Shown in pieces: positions 54,976 to 64,000 of a stretch of DNA of 64,000 nt (positions are counted from its first letter, which is position 1; the number at the start of each line of letters is the position of its first letter). The notes beneath the pieces are model-generated. The model did no database searches, was not told the DNA's origin, and was given only the letters and a program-made list of their open reading frames with translations. Made by a program: the position numbers and the translations under genes. The DNA lies in NCBI GenBank assembly GCA_951406725.2, contig OX597834.1:11160001-11224000 (forward strand), in the 5' to 3' direction. Origin of the DNA: Octopus vulgaris (lineage: Eukaryota).

Positions 54976-55088
54976 ATTTATTTTATAGAAGGAGCTTCTA
55001 CAGGACTAGAACTGTTTCATTCAAATGAAATCATTTCATTTGAATGAAACAGTTCTAGTCCTGTAGAAGCTCCTTCTATAAAATAAAT
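54976..55088. repeat. Perfect palindrome, 56-bp arms with 1-nt spacer
   Basis: Centre at 55032. Confidence 0.92.
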
Positions 55089-55253
55089 TAATTTACTCTG
55101 CTATGTATTGAGTACCTTATTTACTGTGGTTAACCCCGACTCAACCCGGGACCTACATATATAATATATATATATATATATCTTAACAGTTATCGCCTCT
55201 TGGAGCTAATCAACGGCAGCCTTAGTCTCCTTTAGAAAGACTTAGAAATACTA

Positions 55254-55290
<37 letters not shown>

Positions 55291-55704
55291 TAGTAAAAAA
55301 AACACCGTTTATCAATTCAAAATGAACAATTAAATTACACCATCTAGAAAATTACATATAATAGAAATATAAAAATAAAAAATCAATGATTAAGTAAATT
55401 GCAAAAACATAATAATAACGTATATAATTAGTAGAAATTCGACACGGGTTACGTGGCTATATTTAAGAAATCATTATAGTAGTTGTAAAATCACTTCGAT
55501 ATAAGTATAGCCACTAATCAGGTTAAGAATAAACTAGAATAATAAATTTATCTATTAATAAATATACTTTATATATCTATATACCGGAGTAAACACATAA
55601 ATGTGAAACAAGGTGGAAGAAAGAGTACTCAAATACCAGTGGTAGAGTAATATGCTTTATTTTAAGCAGCAGAAAATTCTGAATTTTCTGCTGCTTAAAA
55701 TAAA

Positions 55705-55753
<49 letters not shown>

Positions 55754-55835
55754 TATATATAGCTCATACAACCAAACCTCCTATAATATATGAATTATTT
55801 TATGGATAAAGAGTAATATATACGTACCTACACAA

Positions 55836-55896
<61 letters not shown>

Positions 55897-56643
55897 ATGC
55901 AGCCAAACCTCCTATACTGTATGAATTATTTTATGGATAATGGTGTATGTCAACTATGGAAACAGCTACAGAATAGAAGGAAATACGAATATTATCATTG
56001 AGATCTTCGCTTTCTTAATGATATGTGATGGAGATTTGACTTTCCAGCTGCCGCTTATTCGTTCCCTTTCGTTTTATGAATATTGCATTGAAATAAGAAT
56101 AACTTGACAATTAAAGACGTATTAAACATCTGAGCCCTTAAAGATACTATATATATATACTTTATTCTGCTCTAGCACTAATTATGCCTATACATACGCA
56201 TATTATGTGTCTATAAATGGCTGTAGGGTTTGTTGCTTATATAGGTTTATATAAACATATATATATATATACATGAATGTGTATATATATATATATATAT
56301 GTTTATAAAGCATATATATATATGTGTGTTTATAAAGCATATATATATATACACATATATATATATATATAAATTCATAAATGAGGGTGAAAAATTAGAT
56401 ATTACTTTAATAATACTGTCAGTTTAACACCAAGTAGCCTATATATATATACTTGTATAAACATACAAACAATAGCCCTAATACACATTCATGCACACAC
56501 ATATACGTACATATACGTATATGTGTGTATGAATGTGCATAGGCGTTGTGTTTTGTATAAGTTTATACAAATCTATATTTATATATATATACGTGTGTGT
56601 GTGTGTGTGCATATATATATATGTGTGTGTGTGTGTATGTATG

Positions 56644-56677
<34 letters not shown>

Positions 56678-57029
56678 CGTGTGTGCGTGTGCATAAATAT
56701 ATATATATATATATATATATACGTGTGTGCGTGTGCATAAATATATATATATATATGTGTGTGTGTGTGAGGTGGTCTCTTTTGTATGGTTCCTCTTTTC
56801 TCTGGAGATATATGTATGTATATAGAGTCTCATCTGTTTTTAATTATTTGAATCATCCCCCGTAAAGAAAGCGCTGGTTTCTGACAAAGATAGAAAGCTC
56901 CATCGTTGCACTGCAAATTCCAAATACAAATTAAGTTTTACTAGTTAGAGGAGAAAGTTTTACTAGTTAGAGGTGTCGTGTTAAAATACTGATTTTTGTA
57001 TGCAACAATTTATTCAAAAACAACAACTT

Positions 57030-57191
57030 GCAGGAGTGGCTGTGTGGTAAGTAGCTTGTTTACCAACCACGTGGTCCCGGGTTCGGTCCCACTGCGTGGC
57101 ACCTTAGGCAAGTGTCTTCTACTATAGCCTCGGGCCGACCAAAGCCTTCTGAGTGGATTTGGTAGCCGGAAACTGAAAGAAGCCCGTCGTA

Positions 57192-57241
<50 letters not shown>

Positions 57242-57451
57242 TGTATGTTTGTGTGTCTGTGTTTGTCCCCCTAGCATTGCTTGACAACCGATGCTGATGT
57301 GTTTATGTCCCCGTTACTTAGCGGTTTGGCATAAGAGACCGATATAATAAGTACTGGGCTTACAAAAGAATAAGTCCCGGGGTCGAGTTGCTCGATTAAA
57401 GGCGGTGCTCCAGCATGGCCGCACTCAAATGACTGAAACAAGTAAAAGAGT
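57030..57451 (+). mobile_element. SINE A
   Basis: Family match. Confidence 0.92.
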
Positions 57452-58388
57452 TAGTTAGTTAGTTAGTTAATTTGGCTCAAAAGCAAATAGCAAGGCTATG
57501 TAGGGGGACATGGAGTTAAGTACAGGGTGGTGTTCATGTAAAGAGTTCAGGCCACTTGAGGTCAAGGGAGGCTTTGAACAAAGCGGTCGTCGGCATCTTC
57601 ACCATCTCGTCTGGCAGCTTGTTCCAGGGATCCGCAACCCGGACGGAGAAAGCTCCTCTCCTTCGATTGAGATGAAATCGTCGCAGGTAGAGCTTTTCGG
57701 AATGACCCTGCAGCCGACGCTCTGGAGTGAAGAACAGCTCTTTCGAGAGGTTACACTTTCCGCTTATGATGTTGTGGGCGAGAATGAGATCACCACGGCG
57801 GCGGCGTTTTTCAAGAGAATAAAGGTCGAGCGTCCTCAGCCTTTCTTCGTAGGACGAATTTTTGAGACCATGAACCATGCGGGTAGCCAGCTTCTGGACT
57901 CTTTCGAGATGCTGTATGTCTTTGAGGAGATAAGGAGAAGAGGCTTGAATCCCGTACTCCAATATGGGTCTCACCAGCGTGACATAGAGTGGTAGGAATA
58001 TGGCTGCTGTGAGCATTCCGAATGACCGTCGAATCAAGAACAGAATTCCGCGTGCTTTGTTGGCAGCATGGACGCACTGGGCCGAAGGCGAAAAGGAGGA
58101 ATCCACCAAGATACCCAGGTCCTTTACCTGATCGGTCCTCTCCAGCAGCAGACGACCCGGCTCGAAATCAAGTTGAGTTGCAGGAGGAGAGCCAACAGGC
58201 AGATGACAGCACTTTGACACGTTCAGACACAGGTCCCAATCGTTAGACCACTTCCAAATTTGGTGGAGGCATCGACGAAGATCCTCTATATCACCGCGAG
58301 GAGCGACCAGTTTGATATCGTCGGCAAATAGAAGGGTGTGTTGCGTGAGGTCGTCGGGCAAGTCATTTATGAAGACTAAGAACAGTAA
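57452..58388 (-). mobile_element. CR1-clade LINE, 5'-truncated, with open RT C-terminal frame
   Basis: LLFLVFINDLP..LLFADDIKL..KDLGILVD..LVRPILEYG..LEKRRRRGDLI; (TAAC)n tail; uninterrupted for about 280 codons. Confidence 0.93.
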
Positions 58389-58394
58389 AGAGTA

Positions 58395-58870
58395 ACTATT
58401 CTTCAATCTAAAGACCATCATTTTCCAGGACCTTCTGCAGATTATCTGCAAGCTTCCGAATTTGGTCAAAGTACCAATCCTTCAGCTTTGAATCGAATTT
58501 TTTTTTATGGGTTGCTTTAACTTCATCGATTGACTCAAATCGGTTGCCTTTCATAAAGTGCTGCATTGATCAAAATAGACCGTAATCAGATGAAGCAACG
58601 TCTGGGACTACAGCCTGGATGCAGCAGAACTTCCACGCCGTCCAATTCTTCAATCTTATTGCTGGTCTTTCTGGCAGTATGCGGCTTTGCATTGTCTTGT
58701 TGAAACAAAACGCGTTTTCTACGAACAAATCTTAGGTCTTTTTCAACCAGTGCATTGTACGCTCGATCAAGCTGCTCGCAGTAAAACTCAGCGTTGATGG
58801 CGTGACCATTCGGCACAAATTCAAAATGCAAGATTCTTTCGAAGTTCCAACAAACGGAAGTCATGATCTT
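58395..58870 (-). mobile_element. Mariner transposase 3' relic
   Basis: INAEFYCEQLDR..LFQQDNAKPHTA..LLHPGCSP(frameshift)DVASSDYGLF..IRKLADNLQKVLENDG. Confidence 0.88.
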
Positions 58871-59153
58871 CTTTACAAATTAATTTTGCTTTGGAACGGA
58901 TAGAGGAGTTTGACCTTTGGAACACAACGCTTGCTGAATGACCACACACACACCACAAAAGTATATATGAAAAAAGCATTATTTTAACACGGTGCCCGAA
59001 CACTTTCTTCAACCTAATAAATCTGAGAAAATTCTTGCATATGTTTTTTCTATTCCATTTTGAGATAATATTTGCAATGTGTCTCGTTTTTGGATTTGGT
59101 TTGCAAGATTCTTTATATGAGTTCGTGTGTTGAAGCATATTCTGTTGTGTCTG

Positions 59154-59277
59154 GGGAGAGTCATTCTCTTTTAGTGCCTTATAATTTAACACACTCACCG
59201 TTAAAAATAAGAAATAAGTGGAAATTTTACCGGTGAGTGTGTTAAATAATAAGGCACTAAAAGAGAATGACTCTCCC
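59154..59277. repeat. Fold-back inverted repeat with ~52-bp arms
   Basis: GGGAGAGTCATTCTCTTTTAGTGCCTTAT... and its reverse complement, spacer about 18 nt. Confidence 0.88.
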
Positions 59278-60694
59278 TGGATACAAAAGAATTTGCAATG
59301 TGTGTTTTGGTTGATTTCTTTTTCTGAAAATCTTATCGTGTCCAGATTGTCACTTAGGTATATACCCACAAACAATTGTTTTGGGTATAAGTGTGAATTT
59401 ATAACCTGGATATAGAATTTGGAGATTTCGAAGGAGTAGTCTACATTTCTCCCCTTTGACTTTGATTTTCAAAGAGATAGTCACATCAGCAGGGAAGCTG
59501 ACCTTTATGAGAGGTCAGCTTTCCTTGTATATCCCAAACAGCAATGTCCGGCTATTTATGCTTATATTTGACAGATGTTATGATAGAAATGTTACACTAT
59601 TATTCCTTATATTGATGTTTAAGTATGTATTATGTAAGAAGGGATTCTGTATCGGCATTCATAGATAGTCTTTTTCCCTAACGGTATCATATGCTGTTTT
59701 TGCGACAAGGTCGTGTCGCGTAGGGACACTTTGCTTTGATGAAATTTTTGGGGCAGCTGATCCCATGTACGATGGCTTTTCATCCGAAATATGACATTTT
59801 CAGTTGCACCTTGTTACACCAAGCGCTATCCTGTTGTGAAAGTTATTTTTACCGGAATAGGATGATGTCCTTAGAATGTGGCTTAGCTATCATTGGTTAT
59901 TTCGACCTCAAGAGCAACACTCATATGATATGGGATCATCTGTGTTATCTAAATTGGACTATGTTATTTGCGTAACTTCTGTCTTAGTTCTTATCTATTC
60001 TTCTAAATTATATGCTGTTGGTTTTCTGCACTTGCATCTTTTCCTTTGTGTTTCTTTTCAGATTTTCAATTGTCATCTTTTTAAACTTTCCAGAGAAATA
60101 TAAGAAATTTACTTCTGTAACATTCATTATGTTTATAATATTGTGGTACAAGTTAGTAAAAGTCTGCACTAGAGCTTCATTGGATCTTTTTAACGTATGC
60201 TTTTGGTACTAGAAACTCTATAACGCAGAGTTTTAGGGGATTTCATTTTCAATGTATACTCTAATAAAACATAACCCTGCCCTTTCTTTTGCACTCATAC
60301 CAACGTCAAATATCCTTATGAATCTGATAAACCCCTTACAGCTGTAATGTAGAGTATTTATATCATTCACAATAATTTCGAATTTTTAAATAGTGTTCAA
60401 CATCCTAGCGAACGTTAGAGCAATAATACGTGGCGTGATGGAAAATGGAATAATGAAGGTCTAGAATGAAAAATTTGGTGAATTTGTATTAAGCCTAATG
60501 ATTCTAACATTACTTAACGTTTATGCTAATGTGTGGATAGTTTTAATTTCTTAGAGTCTTGTTGCCTCTCTAATAACTTATTTAGCAAATTATTTTCTTA
60601 AATAATTGTCCCACATCTGGTGTGACACTCTCCAGAAGTCTACAGTTCTTTTTGGAGAAAAAACATTTTGTTTATTCTCTTTCTCTTTTTTTTT

Positions 60695-61102
60695 ATTCTC
60701 TTTTTACTTGTTTCAGTCATTTTGACTGCGGCCATGCTGGTGCAACGCCTTTAATCGAGCAACTCGAGCCCGGGACTTATTCTTTTGCAAGCCCAGTACT
60801 TATTCCATCGGTCTCTTTTTGCCGAACCGCTAGGTGACGGGGACATAAACACACCAGCATCGGTTGTCAAGCAATGCTAGGGGGTCAAACACAGACACAC
60901 AAACATACACACGCACATACATATATATATACATATATACGACGGGCTTCTTTCAGTTTCCGTCTACCAAAACCACTCACAAGGCTTTGGTCGGCCCGAG
61001 GCTATAGTAGAAGACACTTGCCCAAGGTGCCACGCAGTGGGACTGAACCCGGAAGCATGTTGTTGGTAAACAAGCTACTTACCACACAGCTACTCCTGCG
61101 CC
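60695..61102 (-). mobile_element. SINE A
   Basis: Family match. Confidence 0.92.
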
Positions 61103-62055
61103 TACTGTTCAGTTTGCACAATAAACTTTTGTCATGAGACCCGAAAATGCGCAGTGACTCAGCGAAGCACAGGATAGCACTTAAGGTAAGCTTACGGTAC
61201 TTGCCTAGCAAATACATTGGTCTAACACTACATCACAGGAGAGTACCATATTGCTGTTGTTTTCTTTTTTTTTTTTTTACATGTTTCTGTGTTTTCATCG
61301 TTTTGTGCTCGTGGGCGAACTAATGCAAAAACTAATGTGATTATATAGATAGTAAATGTTAAACAAAGTTTTCTTTTTACAGTAACTATCAGAGCGTATG
61401 GATGTGTTCAAAGTATTGATTAGTGTCATCAGATTTCTTATATTCAAAGATATTACTTTTTTTATTATTATTATTACTTCGATAAGATCAATTCTTAAAG
61501 TCTAGCTAAATATATTAGGTGATACGACAATACATTTTTTGTTTGTGTTTTACGATGTTGCAAAAGGTTTCTGTGATACTGATTAATGGGAAATTCGTTA
61601 TCGGTAAACCTTTGAGAGAAACAATATTGTCTAAACATTACTATCATCAATAGCATCAATTCTGTTAGAGGATATTCTCCGAGAAACAAGAAATAAAATC
61701 GTTGTTAATTTATAATACCTGCGAATAATTTATGACTAAATAATGAGTGAATGGTGATTTTGTTTTCCATAACGCACATCTAAATAAACCTATATTTTAG
61801 TGTTGCCAAGAAGACAGATGAATATTTGCGGTAAAGTGATATAATGGGAGGCGATACATGAAGAAGAAAAAAATAGAAACAAAATTGGAAATAGGTGGGT
61901 TAATTAATTGTTCAATACAGCAGTGTTCTATATGAGGTGTACGTGATGAAGATGAATCAGAGAGAGATTCATCGATCCGTATACAAACAATTGATGTTAC
62001 GCATATTTATGTCGAAAGTCTAATTGATGTTACCTATCAAAACACTGATAATTAT

Positions 62056-62118
<63 letters not shown>

Positions 62119-62259
62119 ATAGAGATAGATATATAGAGAAATATATAGACATATTTGTATGAATGCGTGCGTACGTATGTGTTTCAGTGTGCTTGAGTGT
62201 AGGAAGTTTTTATGGCTGCGTATAGGCGAAGCTGTTTATAGAAGTTCTGGCATAAAAAA

Positions 62260-62740
62260 ATCCTATATGACGACTAATCACAAACAGAACTCACTCAGCG
62301 GTATTCTATTCAACCAACATAAACCAGCATTGCCGATCCTAGATAGAATGTATATGAGATCCATACTGGATTGAGGTTCATCCAAGACTGGGACCACGGG
62401 CCATATGTCCTCTGCCCAATTCAAGATCACAGCGTACATGTACATTGCAATATAATTTCTTTTCCTCAACAGGCCCTGCCCTATTTAACATTGTTCCGAA
62501 AGAGATCAAAGAGGAAAAGGATCCCATCAACTTTAAACGGAGTCTGGATAGATTCCTTCAAGGAATACCAGATAAGCCACCGATAATTGGATACAACTCA
62601 CCCAACAAAAACTCACTACTTGAATGGACCATAAACAAAACTTGACTTAAACAGGATTTAGATAATCCTATCAGGTGGTGCTATTAAGTTAGACATGACC
62701 TGGACCAATCTTTGGTCGAAACATATCTAAGTTTTTTACT
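62260..62740 (+). mobile_element. CR1-type LINE 3' relic
   Basis: NFFSSTGPALFNIVPKEIK...FKRSLDRFLQGIPDKP...NSLLEW is a CR1-type C-terminus. Confidence 0.75.
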
Positions 62741-62775
62741 AAGCCTTATATTTAACTTCATCTCACGAGATAAAC

Positions 62776-63726
62776 GTGGACCACATTTACACCGTCTTTG
62801 GGAAAGGAGGAAAAACATCCTCGTCGAAACAAAACTCCAGAAGAAGACCAAAACCTTCAGGTAGTGACCGTCGGATTCTTACTCAAATTGTTAGAAAGGA
62901 TCACAAAAGTACAGCTCCCAAAATTACTGCAGAGCTTAATGACCACCTCGAGAACCAGGTTTCCACAAAAGCTGTTCGCTGGGAGCTGCACAAAGTCGGA
63001 TTTCACGGGAGGATTACAATAAGAAAATCACTACTTTCAAAAACAAATGTTGCAAAGCGTTTAGAGTTGAGTAAAACCTATAGAATTGGTCCCTAGATCA
63101 GTCGAAGATTGTTATTTTCTCGGACGAGTAACTCTTTACCTTATTGCAGACCACCGGCGGAGTATGCCTAATGCGACAGTCAAAAGAAGTTTTTAACCGA
63201 GACTGCCTTCTTCGAACTGTTAAACATGGAGGAAGATGGGGGGGGGGTACATCTTGGAAATCCTCCGACTCAATAGTTTTCTTTCATGGAACAATTAATA
63301 ATCAAGACTATTTAAGTATTTTATCAGATCAAATTCATCCTATGGTTGCAGATCTGTTTCCGGAGAGAAAGGCAACCTTTCGGGATGATGATGTGCCAAT
63401 TCACACAACTAAAATTGTTACTGAATGGCGCGAGAAACATTCTGGTAAAGTTGAACACTTTCTCTGTCAAGCACAGTCCCCACATCTTTATATTATTGAA
63501 CCCTTATGGTGCATTTTAAAAACACAAGTAATGAGTCGATATCCTCCACTACTACAAGTATTGAAGGCTATTTTAGCCGAAGAATGGACAAAACTTCCTT
63601 TGAAAACAATTCAAACTTTGTAGGAGTCCATATCTTGTAGAATTCAAGCTGTAATTACTACCATATGCGGCCCTACCCATATTAAAATAATTTTGTTTGA
63701 AATGTTAAGATTTTGTCCAACCCCTG
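62776..63726 (+). mobile_element. Tc1 transposon relic (frameshifted transposase + right TIR)
   Basis: TAPKITAELNDHL..VSTKAVRWELHKVGFHGR; IFSDE*; TVKHGG; FRDDDVPIHT..SPHLYIIEPLW; ends TTTTGTCCAACCCCTG|TA. Confidence 0.88.
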
Positions 63727-64000
63727 TATATACAACGGGATTCTTTCAGCTTTTGGTTGGCCCAAGGTTTTAGTAGAATACACTTGCCTAAGATATAACA
63801 ACATTTCGTTCAGATATGCAACGGGTTACAAAGTAGAATTTGAAATCTTAAAGTATTGGAAATATTCGATAATATTTTTAACAAACAAAAAATCGAAATT
63901 TCCAAATTAAATTATGACGCCATCAACGGAATAATAATAGCTTGCTTATAGCAGAACAGCTAACGGACCGCTTCACGTCAGCAAAATAAAGTGCTTAACA

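Noticed and set aside
58389-58469. N-terminus of the 311-aa ORF as part of the RT protein
   Set aside because: Chance read-through from the adjacent mariner relic; not a real fusion gene.
59450-59900. Possible ancient LINE RT relic (KTAYDTV); also MDIITVQE near 7625
   Set aside because: Single short motifs only; too degraded to support.

Overview
AT-rich eukaryotic DNA made almost entirely of repeats. The SINE set and the very large (TA)n/(TATG)n tracts suggest an octopus or other cephalopod genome (inference, not verified). No host protein-coding gene can be identified, and the long ORFs in the track are microsatellite artefacts. Supported content: about 35 copies of four tRNA-headed SINE families (my labels A-D); five non-autonomous Helitrons; two MITEs; a Crypton-like end; fragments of RTE, CR1-type and R4/Dong-type LINEs; mariner and Tc1 transposase relics; a Penelope-like GIY-YIG relic split by two SINEs; and one full-length U2 snRNA copy. 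The most interesting signals are: (1) type I hammerhead ribozymes with palindromic stem III and long stem II in Penelope-type terminal repeats (50.8 kb, 22.5 kb, degenerate copy at 55.5 kb), plus recurring fold-back junctions; (2) a SINE family that inserts as head-to-tail 183-bp multimers with the same junction at three loci; (3) a U2 snRNA copy joined to a SINE 3' tail; (4) one SINE head carrying three different 3' tails; (5) a 223-bp duplication flanking one SINE. Coordinates were read by eye and may be off by a few bases.
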